Assembly (NCBI GenBank): GCA_946965045.2
Contig: OX337230.1
Span: 3,720,001-3,784,000 of the forward strand
Source: Epithemia pelagica
Taxonomy: Eukaryota; Protista; Bacillariophyta
DNA length: 64,000 nt
Reading direction: 5' to 3'
Shown here one piece after another: positions 49,336 through 61,561 of this stretch. The position numbers and the translations under genes are program-made. Below the pieces are notes generated by a model that worked only from the letters and a program-made list of their open reading frames with translations, was not told the DNA's origin and did not search any database. Numbering within the stretch: position 1 is the stretch's first letter; each line of letters begins with the position of its first letter.

Positions 49336-51647
49336 ATGTGGAGTAGTACGAGTTCCCGTGCTACTACTACGAGTACTACGAATCGCCGCGGTCCCACCAC
49401 CACTAGGACCACCAGTGACCACCATCCTGAGGAACAACGGCTCCACCAACCACCAGACTCTTCGTCGTCCTCCTCCTCCTCCTCCTCGGAGTTTCCACAA
49501 GCCCGTCACATTCCCTTTCCCTATCCCACGCCGTATCCACAACAAGTGGATTTGATGCACACCTTGTTGGAATCGCTGCGGCTCAAGGAACAAGAGCAAC
49601 AGCAACAGCAACAAGAACAGCAACAGCAACACGAACAAGAACCACATTGCAACGATGACCACCAAACCAAGAACAACAAACCACTGGTGCTCTTGTTGGA
49701 ATCGCCCACGGGAACGGGCAAATCCCTGTCCTTGGCTTCGGCTGCCTTGGCCTGGCTCGACTACCAGGAACGACGCGATGTAGGCGCCGTTGCCGCAGCA
49801 TCATCCAGTCCAGCATCACCACAACAACAACAACAACAAGCACCCAAACAACAAGAACCACAACAACCACAGTCGTCGTGGTTGGACGATTGGATACCAC
49901 CAAGTCAACGTCAAGAGCAACAACAACTGGTCGACATGCAAGCACACGCCGCCCACACGCGACACGAATTGACTCAAACCTTGCAGGGCATTCGACACGA
50001 GCGACAACGCCACATACAACAACAACAACCATCATCGCAGCAACAATCGCCCACACTGGCGCAACAACACGCGGCGCGACAAACGGTCTTACAACACGCC
50101 TTGCAACAACAGCAGCAGCAAGACCAATCCCGAACGAACCATGGTTGGAAGAACCACAATCACCACCCAAAGAAACCAAAAACGACGACCAAGCCACCCA
50201 ACGCGGCGAATGCCGTCACACCCGAACCACTACGCACAATCGACGACGACTATGACCATGACGATGAAGACGACAAACACCATTCGGATCCGGAGGAGGA
50301 TGCTTGGTACAAAAAGAGCAACCCCAACCAGTTTGTTCCATCCCAACGCCGCCCGAAACCACCGCGGTACACGGCGCCACGTTCTATTACAACCCGCAAT
50401 CCTTTGTTGCAAGGTCCGGCCTTGGATGGATCGGCCGCCGTCCACAAGGACTCGACCTCTACCCCGGCCACTCCTCCTACGACTACGGCGGCCGCCGTCG
50501 GTGGCTTGCGGCCCGGTCTGGGCCGCCGCAAATTGATTTATGCGGCCCGCACCCATTCGCAATTGGCGCAATTTTTGCACGAACTGGAACCCCTGCGACG
50601 ACACTCGTATCCCCACGTGACGGTCGTGACATTGGGCGGACGACGGGCCCTCTGCACCCATCCCCAGTTGCAAGGGGAACCGGAAGCGGTGATTACCGAA
50701 ACCTGTTTGGATTGGCAACAGCAGTCCACCAAATCCAAATCAGCCACCACGACGGTCGGTCATCGTCCTGGTCGTGCGCCTCGCAAACGAACGCACGTCT
50801 TCCTCCAAGAGGACGACGACGACGACGACAAAGAACCAGAAGCACCACAAGGGACGAAACACGCCAGGAGCCAGCACCCGAGTCGTCGTACCACCACCAA
50901 GGGCGGGTGTCCCTTTTTGGCCCACACCAAAGGCAACAACAACAAGGACGCGGTTGAAACCTTGGCCTTGCATGTCTTGGCCGATCCCCTGACGGCTCCC
51001 CAAGCCGTGGCCTTGGGACAGTCGGTCCACACGTGTGCTTATTATGCCAGTCGTGCGGCCGTGGCGGCCGCTCAAGTCGTGGTCCTGCCCTACCCCTTGC
51101 TCTTGTTGCCCCGCGAAACCCGACTTCAAACCCTCGGATTGTCTCTGGACCAGTCCTTGGTGGTGGTGGACGAAGCACACAATGTACCCGAAGCCATTCG
51201 ACACGTGCATTCCAGTCACTTGTCCTTGGCCGTCGTCCAACAAGCGCTGCAGCAATTGCAACGATATGTCCAACGCTATCAAGACCAATTGGCCAGCCGC
51301 AACTTGTATCCCCTGGGACAATTGCGCAAAATACTCGTGGCCTTGCGCAAGGCTCTGACCAAGGGAGGACTCGCGACGGGTGGTGGTCGAGGTGGCAGCA
51401 GTAACAACCACACCAACCACTCCAACCACCATACGACGACGAATCACAAAATGATGACGGGCATGCAACTGTGGACGGCCCTTCGTTTGGAACACACCAA
51501 TTTGTGTCAGGTCTTGCAGTACATGAAGGACTCGAGATTGGCACAAAAACTCAAGGGATTCCAAACGACCAATCATAATACTAATGATCACTCGGACAAA
51601 GACTCCAACAATAAGAACAAGAATTCTACCAAACGCGATACGGAATC

Positions 51648-51680
<33 letters not shown>

Positions 51681-53169
51681 TCAGGGAACAGGAGAGACGG
51701 CCAGTCCGGAATTGTCCAAACACGTGTCGGCCATGTCCCTGGTCGAAACCATGTTGGAAAAGTTTCTCTTGACCCACGGAGAAGGAAAATTCGTCTTGGA
51801 AATTCAGCCACATGACGACGACGACGACGACCAACCACCCGCAACACAACGACAATCACCACAACAACAACAACAATCGTGCCTCCGCTTTGTCTTGTTG
51901 AAACCAGCCGTTTTTTTACAACCCGTCTTGGAAGAAGCGTATGCCGTGGCCCTGGTCGGTGGGACCTTGCAACCATTTTGTCATGTCGCGGCAGAATTGT
52001 TGCTTCCCGAGACCCAGGACGACGTCCTTGGTGGGACGAACAAGGACGACGAGGCCACACACAAGTCGTCGGTGCAGACAATTTTGCAGCAGGCGGCACA
52101 AGCCGATGCGGCCTTGACTCAATTCTCCAAAACCAATACCAACATGGTTTCGTCCATTCCCACGCAACATGCCGATTCCTATGCCATGGTGTCATCCTCC
52201 TTTACGGCATTTTCCTGCAGTCATGTCGTATCCCCCGACAATGTCTTGTTGCAATCGTGGTCGTCCGGTCCCACGGGTCAACGGTTCGACTTTCGACATT
52301 CCAGTCGCTACCAGGAACGACAAGTTTGTGAATTGGGCCGTGCCTTGATTCAACTCTGTCAAGTCGTTCCTCATGGAATGGTCGTTTTTGTGTCCAGTTA
52401 TGCCTACGAAGCCTTTTTGGTCCAGGAATGGAAAACGTGTGGAATGTGGCAGGAATTGGAACAGACCCAACCCGTCTTTCGAGAACCGCACCAATCGCAC
52501 CAAATGGAATCCACCTTGCGGCGGTACACCAAGGCGGCGGCGTCCAGTCGGGGGGCACTCTTGTTTTCGGTCATTGGAGGCAAACTTTCGGAAGGCATCA
52601 ACTTTTCCAATGACATGGCCCGTACGTATCCAAGTTTGTATCGAAAATCATGAGAGTTGCGCGCAGTCTCGTCGGTCCTGGCCAGTAACGAGAGAGAGAG
52701 TGAGACTCTTACCGTTGCTCTTGTTTCGTAATGTTTTCTTTTGATTGGAACAGGTTGCGTTGTGGTTGTGGGATTGCCCTATCCGGATATCAAAGATCCC
52801 GTCCTGCAGGAAAAAATGGCCAGTATGGATCAAATGCAATCACAGTCCGACTTTTCCACAGGGTCATCATCGGCCACCATTTCGGGTCAGTCGTACTATC
52901 ACAATTTGTGTATGCGAGCCGTCAATCAGTCGATTGGCCGTGCCATTCGACACCAAGGCGACTATGCCGCCATTTTGTTACTGGATCAACGCTACGAAAC
53001 AGATGGCCGAGTTTGGTCCAGTCTCCCCCATTGGCTCAAAAAGAAAAAGACCACCGCAACGACCAATGAGGCGACGGCTGGAAATGATGGGACCCGGCCC
53101 ATGTCACAGCCATTTGCCAAACGAATTCAAGACATTCGTGCATTCTTTGAGGAAAAGGCTGAGTACTAG
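49336..53169 (+). CDS. DDX11: DDX11/Chl1-like Fe-S DNA helicase, 2 exons
   Basis: FPYPTPYPQQ, ESPTGTGKSLS, ARTHSQL, four Fe-S Cys (RALC, ETCL, GCPF, CAYY), DEAH, GGTLQP, LSEGINF|R-CVVVVGLPYP, AVNQSIGRAIRH. Intron 52622-52753. Start ATG 49336 is inferred. Confidence 0.92.
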
Positions 53170-53441
53170 TAGAGAGCGTTTGGCATTGGTTGTGGAGCAG
53201 CAAACGGAACAACGAACATTCATTCTTGCATGCTCTCTAAAACACTTTCCACGGGTCCATGGTTTACCGATTGCGCCACCTGCTTTCCTTCTCATAATAA
53301 AGATAAACCAATGCATAAAGAATAGAACTTTGATGTAAATAGATTCAAAAGCTATATTAGGTACAATGACGAGATGGTCCAACAAAACGCTTCCCATCAC
53401 TCCCACGAGGATTGAGAAACGAAAGGTAGACAGGATGCAAA

Positions 53442-54822
53442 TTACTCAAATCTTGCGCGTGACGCCGCAAGTTGGCTCTCCAATTCATCTATTGGTCGTT
53501 TCTTGTTGGCATTTGAGGCTTGTGCTGCTTCGTTCAACAGGGCTGCTTGATGCGCCGCAGCGGCCACTCCCGTGGGCCCGGTAGCTGCTCGCAATTGGGA
53601 AAGGGCAGCAGCACTCAGCGAATGCAACAAATCTTGTGTACGAGAAGTTGTGGAGGGATAATCGGCTCTCAACGAGGCGACAGCGGCTTCATTGCGTATA
53701 CTTTGTTGCAACAAGGGCTGAACCAAGGTCACTAGCTTGTCGTAATCGGCACTGAGGGCCGTCACTCTTCGATTGCATTCGTACGATAACTCCGCCAGTC
53801 GGCGTTCAAATTCTTCCTTCATATGCACATTGGCTTCCTTGAGGCGTTGCATGTCTTGCTTTAACACATCTACATCATCCTTGGATTGTTGATCGGTCTT
53901 GGTGGCTCGCTTTATCTGATGCAAGAGTTCTGGCTTGTCCTTCTGAAACTTTTCGTGAAAAAAGCGAACGTAGCAAGCAGTTCGAGGGTCCACATCGTTG
54001 GTCAAGATGGGGTCCGTCCGTAGTTTGCGAAAGCCATAAAAATTCAGCTGGCGAGCAAAACTTGAGAAATTGGAATGCTTGAAGTACAGGGGTAGAACAG
54101 TCTGAAATGATTGAAATCACAGAAGGTAAGTGTGTGTATAAGAAGCATAAACTCAACTTCATCTCCAACAAAGCATGAGGGTACGTACCGTTGCAAACTT
54201 TTCCACATTCTTGACGACAAAGTTATCCCCATTCTCACTCCACGTAGCAATTTCCGGATCGCACCGATCAATCATGTGATAGGTTTCTGTGGGAACATAG
54301 CAACCACAACATGTTAAGGTTTCGTGTTCGCAATACAACAAAGAAAGATACTAGGTAATCGCCAGAGAAAAAAGAGAACTTACTGCTGAGAAACATGGGT
54401 AATTGCAAATGTTTGGGACAGGTTTTGGAGTTGGCAGAAGAAGCTCCACCTTTTTTGTTGGATCGTTGTTTGCTTGTAGGATTCTCACAGGAAACGGAAT
54501 CGAATTCGTCCGAATCAAAGGCGGAGGAAGAAAGAGTATTCGCTGTTGTAGAGGTAGTAGGATGATTAGAAGGAGATGTTGTTGCAGATCCAAGAGAGCA
54601 CAAGGCGTCACACGTCATTTGCGTCGCTTCGTGATCCAAAGCGCTCTTGTTGTGATCACTGGAAGTATTGGTTGTGGCAAACGAAGGGATATTGGTGTTG
54701 GCGGTGCTTGTCGACACATTGGATGTGACAAACGGATTGCTTGTGGAGGCCCTCGGTTTATTATTAATGCCAGTCGATTCATTCCTTTTGTTCGAACCTA
54801 CAAGGTTGGATGGAGTGCTCAT
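53442..54822 (-). CDS. HSF: Heat shock transcription factor (HSF DNA-binding domain + coiled coil), 3 exons
   Basis: PMFLS|KTYHMI..WSENGDNFVVK...|LPLYFKHSNFSSFARQLNFYGFRK...FFHEKFQK. Introns 54383-54287 and 54188-54102; exon phases are consistent. Confidence 0.93.
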
Positions 54823-55564
54823 GATTGCAACAACACCAAAGAAAGGAGTCTCTTTACGGTTCTTGGCTGCGTCGTGTGTTTTCGACTTCGATGGATGCGC
54901 TACAGTGACGGTTGTTTGCCCGAGCAACTCTTTCGTGAGCCGTCACCTTCGATCGAAGGATCGTGCGAATTCGGGTCAATTCCTGACTTTGTCTTCGATG
55001 AGCATCGATGAAGCGCTCCTACGTTGGTTGGTCCACGGAAGCGTTCATGTGCCCGTCATAGGTTCAACTTACTGACAATTTGCGTGGAAGCTACTCTCTA
55101 ATGTCCCGCCTGGTAGTTGATCTCCAGGATTCGAAGTTCCCTGTCAAAAACGTGTGGTGACAAAAAGTACCACAATGTGTGGCTACGAGTATAAGATAAA
55201 ATGTACGCCGAATCCTAGAACTTCCGGAAGTTCGGGATGGTGGTTCTTTGCGATTCCTCAGGGAACGTTTTCCTCAGATTACCACGAGCTAAACCTCCGC
55301 GACGTACAGACGTCGCTAGAGACTGACAAATTGTCACCAATGGGTTCACCGACAGCTACCACTGACAAATAAAGATGCGACTGCCACGTTGCATTTATTG
55401 CAGACGCGCACAGGTTGAAAGTGTGTCTGAAGCCGCGACCAAGACTACAAACGGAACAAAAGACACTTCGAGTTTTACCTCACAAAAATTCCTCTTTTGC
55501 CCCAGAAAACAACAAAGATAAACTCAAACACCAGGACTGCATCTACCGACAACACTGCACTCTC

Positions 55565-57719
55565 ATGAGACTCTTTACAACAGTTTGGCCATGGATCTTT
55601 GTCGTGGCCATTCTTTTTCATTTCACAGTGGCACAGGAGAGGATCCAACAAGAGCCTCCTCAAGTCCAATTGTCCCTCGACGAATTCACGGAACTATACT
55701 CCTCGGCCAAACTCAAAGAGGTCGAGAGACGTCTCTTGGATGAACAAACGATATGGAAACAGGCTCAGAAACAAGAACGCGACCGATTCGAAAGAGAGGC
55801 TCATGAAATGGTCCAACAGCAGGAACGCCTTGTCGTGCAAGTTCAACAAGAGCTCTTTCCCCAAAATTTTCAAGTTCTCCATCACACCGTGTCTGGTGTA
55901 TACAACAGTTCGTCGTCACTGGACTCTGGAGTCGAGGGTGATTTGGCACGGTTTGACATTGAACTGATGGTACGGGTCATGGACTATTCGGCATTTTCCC
56001 CAAACCATGCGTTGCCCCGTCCATGGACAGTGGTGCCGCTGGTCAATACAACATCCACGGTGGCTACCGACTGGAGGGTTTTCCATCATCAACAAGAAAA
56101 CTTGAACAATGATGGAGAGTTTGAAGAAAAGGATCCAGTCTCGGATCCTGGTGTTTTGGTCATGATACAAAACGAACAACAAGCCTTGGTCACCAACCAA
56201 ACAGGCTTGTTCAAGATCCAGTTCACAGCGTATACACGTGTGAGTCAGACACGAAACATGCACTCTGTATCCTTGAGCAGTCTCTTGTATCCATCGTCCA
56301 GTCTGTCCTTTCGGATTGCCCAAACTTCCCCTTCCATGTCCGCACAAGACCTGAGCATTCAACCCTCCTCGGCAGTGCTGTTTGTGAAAGCACAAGAATT
56401 CTTTACCGATATTCAAGCAACACTGCCACTGGACGCGGACCACTTTAAACTGAGATGGGTCAATGTCACCCACGATACCATCCGCGACGAGTGCCGCCAA
56501 AGTAGTCAAGGCCATTTTCAAAACGTCACAAGTTGCTTCCTGCCAGGTGACATTGCACGTGCACACAGAAATGAACCGTGCCGATGCGACATCCTACAAT
56601 AACAAGGACGAAGACGACGACAAGGAATTCACCATGGTGGAATTGCCTCGCCTGGAATGTCTCCACGTGGTTCGTCAGACCGGTCACGTGGGTGTCATCA
56701 AAACCGCCAAAGTGGAAGTCCACGAGCATGAGTTGGGTTCCAGTTTGTTACGCGTGGAAGCATCCGAACTGTCATCGCAACTTCGTCTCAATGTGGATCG
56801 ACCCATTGTTCTGAGCTACAAGTACCGGAATCCTCAACACAATCAATTGCTACTTTCGGTGCAAGAACACGAGGCACTCGAAACCTTGGAGGCAACCATC
56901 GACCGCGTCCATTACAAGGTGGTTGTGACCGAGACACATGCCGTTCATTCACTCCTTGTCATGGTCCAAAGTACCCAGCTGCAATACTTGAACGTGTTTG
57001 GTTTACCAGCCTCCTCGTCCAAGTTTACCGTCTTGGTCAATTCGGCTCCGACGAAACCCGTCCGCGGCCGGAAGAAGCAGTCGACCGTCACAAACAACAA
57101 CAATAATACTACCAATATTCTCATTCCTCTCCACGTGGGTCTCGATCCGGAATCGGCTCATCGATCGAGCCTTCTTACGTCGGTGGAACTGACCTTTGTC
57201 AGTACCCTGGAACAAGCATTGACAACCAAGCCAGAGGTAACAACCACGACCAACAAGAATGAAACGCTGTTGATACTCGATCCACCACGGTTTGACATGC
57301 CCGTCAGTGTCTTGACCACTCATTTGAATTTGCCACAAGAGTACACGTACAACTTTTCGGGAACCCTGGGATCACATCGATTGTCCAATCGTTCGGCGAT
57401 GTTACCCATTCCACAAGCCTTGCATCATGTCCAGGGAAAACGAGTCGTTCATCACGATTATGAATTTACCATTCTCGATGACATGATGTATGACGACGAC
57501 GAAGACGACCAAGCCGCAACGGGGGGTGCGGCCGTTCGCATCCTGACACCCGAATCAGGAACCAATGCGTACTTTAAAAAACTCTTGGTCTTCTTGGAGG
57601 ACCAAGCTGACGACGAAACCAACGACAGTCCAGCCGTACTTCATGTCCGAGTAACAACCAGGAAACGACCTTCCAACCGTTCGTGGCTGGAATCACTCCA
57701 ACGCCGCTTGCGTTTTTGA
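55565..57719 (+). CDS. Signal-peptide protein of unknown function, split into two overlapping frames (frameshift or cryptic intron near 56460-56600)
   Basis: ORF1 from ATG 55565 has a hydrophobic leader and a coiled coil. ORF2 56463-57719 looks globular (RQTGHVGV, LSYKY, LEATID). The two overlap in different frames. Confidence 0.6.
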
Positions 57720-57920
57720 TGAAACACGAAAGCGCATGTAGTATCCGCACTGTCTCGAATACTACATTGGTAATAGCTGGTGCTGTTGATTGTTTTTATA
57801 TGATGTCATGTACAAAAAGGTTTCCGTATGTTTAGATGCCATCTTTTTCAGGTTGTGGAGGTCTCAATCCATTGTGTGAGTCATTGTATTCGGTTGGTCA
57901 TTGCTCCTTTCGGAGTGTGG

Positions 57921-58385
57921 ATATCCTTCCAGACCATGCAGAGGATTCACGTGGTTCATCCAATTGCCGCGATTGGTGGAAGCCGGAATCCCTCCTGTCC
58001 CACAAAAAGGATTCCAATGTCCACCCATCACGGCATTTGGATTGGAAACAGTGGCAGGTTTCGAGGAAGGGGCGGCATCTCGGATGATATATATCCTTCC
58101 CGACCATGCAGAGGATACCATGTGGTTCATCCAATTGCCGCAATTGGTGGAAACCGGAATGCCTCCTGTCCCACAAAAAGGATTGCAATGTCCACCCATC
58201 ACGACATTTGGATTGGAAACAGTGGCAGGTTTCGAGGAAGGGGTGGCATCTCGGATGATATATATCCTTCCAGACCATGCAGAGGATACCATGTGGTTCA
58301 TCCAATTGCCGCGATTGGTGGAAGCCGGAATCCCTCCTGTCCCACAAAAAGGATTCCAATGTCCACCCATCACGGCATTTGGATT
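57921..58385. repeat. 171-bp tandem repeat, ~2.7 copies
   Basis: ATATCCTTCC anchors at 57921, 58091 and 58262. A single partial unit also occurs at ~36070-36180 on the opposite strand. Confidence 0.9.
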
Positions 58386-59045
58386 GTAAAAACAGTTACA
58401 CCCATACGGCAGTCCGGACTTTCTTGTGTTTCCCCTCTTGTGGGTTTCACACATGGTACTTATCCACCGCGGTTGGTTCTTCAAAAGTCCTCTCTCCCGC
58501 TAAGACTAGGGAAATCTTGGAAGGAACTTTTAATAAAAGCCATGACGTTACGGCTCACGACAATCTCTTTCCGATCGGCCACCTCACCGAATATCCACCG
58601 CAACTTGGACGCATCCTCCAGATATTTGTATAGTGATAACCATCTTGTTGCGTCTTCGACATTTTGAAGGAACCATTCCATACTTCTTGAAGATGAAAAG
58701 GGTAATCTGAGTAATGAGCCTCGTCGTTCCTGCTTACCGCGGCTTCTGCAGGCAAATAACAGCCGCCCCAAAAAGGGATATCACAACATACTCGTTGGGA
58801 TTTTGGAGTAACCTTACCTTTTTTCTTCGAGTTCCTCCGTGAAGCATGAATTTAAACCGCGACCGAATCGTCGGTTGCACGGCACAAAAACGAGACGACG
58901 ACGACCAGGACGACCGTAGGACCATCTATTTCGAATTACAACCTCTGGAGAGAGACCAAGGTTCGTTTGGTCACGTGTCACAGTATTTGGAATCTACATA
59001 TGTTTTGTGTGGAATGGAACTCTCTCCTTTCGACTCCAAAGCACT
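58230..59045 (-). repeat. Dispersed repeat family, copy 3 (joins modules seen separately at 14.3-15.0 kb and 35.5-36.2 kb)
   Basis: Shared blocks as listed for copies 1 and 2; shared peptide EWFLQNVEDA.RWLSL.KYLEDASK. Confidence 0.85.
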
Positions 59046-59215
59046 TGACATTTTGGTTGTAAAAGTGGTGTCTCTTCGTTCGCAGAGAATACGGATCCTG
59101 TGCTCAATCTAGCTCAGCCGCTTTGCTTTGCAAAATGCTCCTGAAAGACTTTTATGGGTGTCATTTCACCATCATTGAGCTCTATCTCACCAACTTGGTC
59201 CAGCTCCACAAGCGC

Positions 59216-59431
59216 CTAGATGTCTTTATCGTCCCAAAACATACCAGTCCAGCCAGGAATCTCTTTGAACTGCGCGGAAGCGCGTTCTCTTGGGTTGTCA
59301 ATAACCTCTTCCATTGGAAGGATTTTGACACCACCGTTGATAGCGATCATTTCATTCGCCCATTCTCTATCCTTGGTGAGAATTAGTACATTCACTGTCG
59401 CCGCAAAAGCGGCAGTATAGAGTCGACCCAC
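59216..59431 (-). pseudogene. Protein-like fragment (VLILTKDREWANEMIAINGG), possibly the tail of the P-loop family
   Basis: Globular-looking peptide adjoining repeat copy 3. Family assignment is inference only. Confidence 0.3.
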
Positions 59432-59525
59432 AAATTCACGATTCGCTTCGGACTGAGGTAGGTCGTCAATGATTATTCGAGGCCCTAGCTTGTACGAAGG
59501 ATCTAAATTGAGTGCGAATGGAGGG

Positions 59526-60228
59526 TGTTAGGATTCTCACCGAAAACTAGGTGGCGAAACCTACAACTCATCGAATGATGCTAGTATTTTATGGCATCCG
59601 ATGACATTTTCCTAAAAATGAGAAAAGAATGTCGGCATGCTCGCGAAACTATAAATTTGGCCACGGCATGCTCGCAGTGCACGCGTTATCGGCGACCGCT
59701 CGGATATTAACTATGGCCCAACACGTGCGCGCCCAAAACTATCAAGTGCGCGCCTCTACTATCCGAGTACGCGCATCCACGATTCGACCTAACGGTCTAT
59801 GTAATCAAAGCACGAATCACGATCACGCGAGACCATATCTCTGTTCCCACAAATCCAAGAATGCAAACAGCAACGCGCCCAGGACAAGACTTATACCACG
59901 ACAAAGCAAGAGCTGTTGCATCCCATACATGTTATCCATCACCCTATACATTCAATACACACCAATGCCGGTCTACTCCAACCAGTGAGGACCTATCACA
60001 CCAGATCCATGGCCGTATACAAGAGCCAGGACTTCGACACCATCAACCACCTTAGTTAGTAATCGTCTCACAATCATTAATATCACCATTTTAACACTCA
60101 TCTTAAGACTTACCTCTTATCAGTGGACCGACTGCCCCCACCCACGGCGGACTTCGACTTGCAACTCTTCTCTGACCCGTGCGTCTAAGGAGGTTTTTTG
60201 AAGATAAGTGACTGGAATTCCACCAACA
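59526..60228 (+). mobile_element. Diverged LTR of a related CoDi-type element (no TSD seen)
   Basis: Starts TGTTAGGATTCTCACC (versus TGTTAGAATTCTCACC) after purine run GGAGGG. Shares, in order, ATAAATTTGGCC, CACGATCACGCGAGACCATAT, CAAAGCAAGAGCTGTTG, TATCACCATTT and GACTTCGACTTGC..TTCTCTGACCC. The 3' end AACA at 60228 is tentative. Confidence 0.75.
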
Positions 60229-60825
60229 GGCGCGTGACACACGCCCAATAGGCGCGTGCAGCACCCCCAGAACACGGATCACGCGCATTTGGCGCGTATG
60301 AAGCGCGTGGCGCTCCAGATTGCGCGTGAATGCGCGTGAAACGTGTAGACAACGCGTGAAACGTGTTGACACCCGCGTGAGCATGTTTATTGTATGTGGA
60401 AACGCGTGCACAGAGCCTAACCTTTGCCTAGATACCTAACTACTAGCTACACATATAACACCTAGTATTCCAGTCGCACGTAAACTCCAAAAGCGACCCA
60501 CAAATTTCTCCTCCACCACCAAATCACGTCACAGTGACATACGAAGAACAATGGACACAAAATCACAGAAGAACGCTGAAAATTAGATTTTCCTCACACA
60601 ACAACCGCACAAAAGATATACTCTCCCACTTTTGTGATCACTTTTTGACGATAGTGTCATAGAGTGCCTCATCCAACTCACACCAACCCCCAACGCCCCA
60701 AAAAACACACAGCAGCAGCAACAACAACAACAACAACAACACAACAGCAACAACAACAACAACAGCTACAACAAACAGGCGAAAACAAAGAGAATCATTT
60801 CCTTTTTCAAATTGGAAAGGTGCTA

Positions 60826-61561
60826 GGTAAGCCAAGTCGACAAGACAACAGTGAGAGTTCGTTTTGTCGTTTTCCTATATGCCCACTAATCATTTTCTTC
60901 TGTTTCCATGAAAACCCAACCATGTGATCGCTGTTTGGCAACTATTTCTTCCCTCCTATCATCCCACAAGACAATTTTCAACGCTCTGAACGACTGGATT
61001 GGTGGTTCTGTTTGAAAAAGGGCGAAGACACCAAGTTGGTGCACCCATTTCATTCTCCCATCAATTTCCATCGACCAAAACTGGTTGGATTGCTGGATTG
61101 CCGCTGCTTCTTCCCTCCTATTATCCCAGAAGACCATTTTCAACGATCTGAACGGTCGGATTGGTGAGGATTCTATTGAACAAAGGGCAAAAAGGTAAGC
61201 CAAGTCGACAAGACAACAGTGAGAGTTCGTTTTGTCGTTTTCCTACATGCCCACTAATCATTTTCTTCTGTTTCCATGAAAACCCAACCATGTGATCGCT
61301 GTTTGGCAACTATTTCTTCCCTCCTATCATCCCACAAGACAATTTTCAACGCTCTGAACAACTGGATTGGTGGTTCTGTTTGAAAAAGGGCGAAGACACC
61401 AAGTTGGTGCACCCATTTCTTTCTCCCATCAATTTCCATCGACCAAAACTGGTTGGATTGCTGGATTGCCGCTGCTTCTTCCCTCCTATTATCCCAGAAG
61501 ACCATTTTCAACGATCTGAACGGTCGGATTGGTGAGGATTCTATTGAACAAAGGGCAAAAG
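60826..61561. repeat. 368-bp tandem duplication
   Basis: GGTAAGCCAAGTCGACAAGACAACAGTGAGAG at 60826 and 61194. Each unit contains one diverged 105-bp monomer. Confidence 0.9.

Noticed and set aside
38873-53338. Many long antisense or alternate-frame ORFs over ABCC, APR, LCM-GNAT and DDX11
   Set aside because: Shadow ORFs caused by codon bias and CAA/GAC-rich sequence; they carry no domain motifs.
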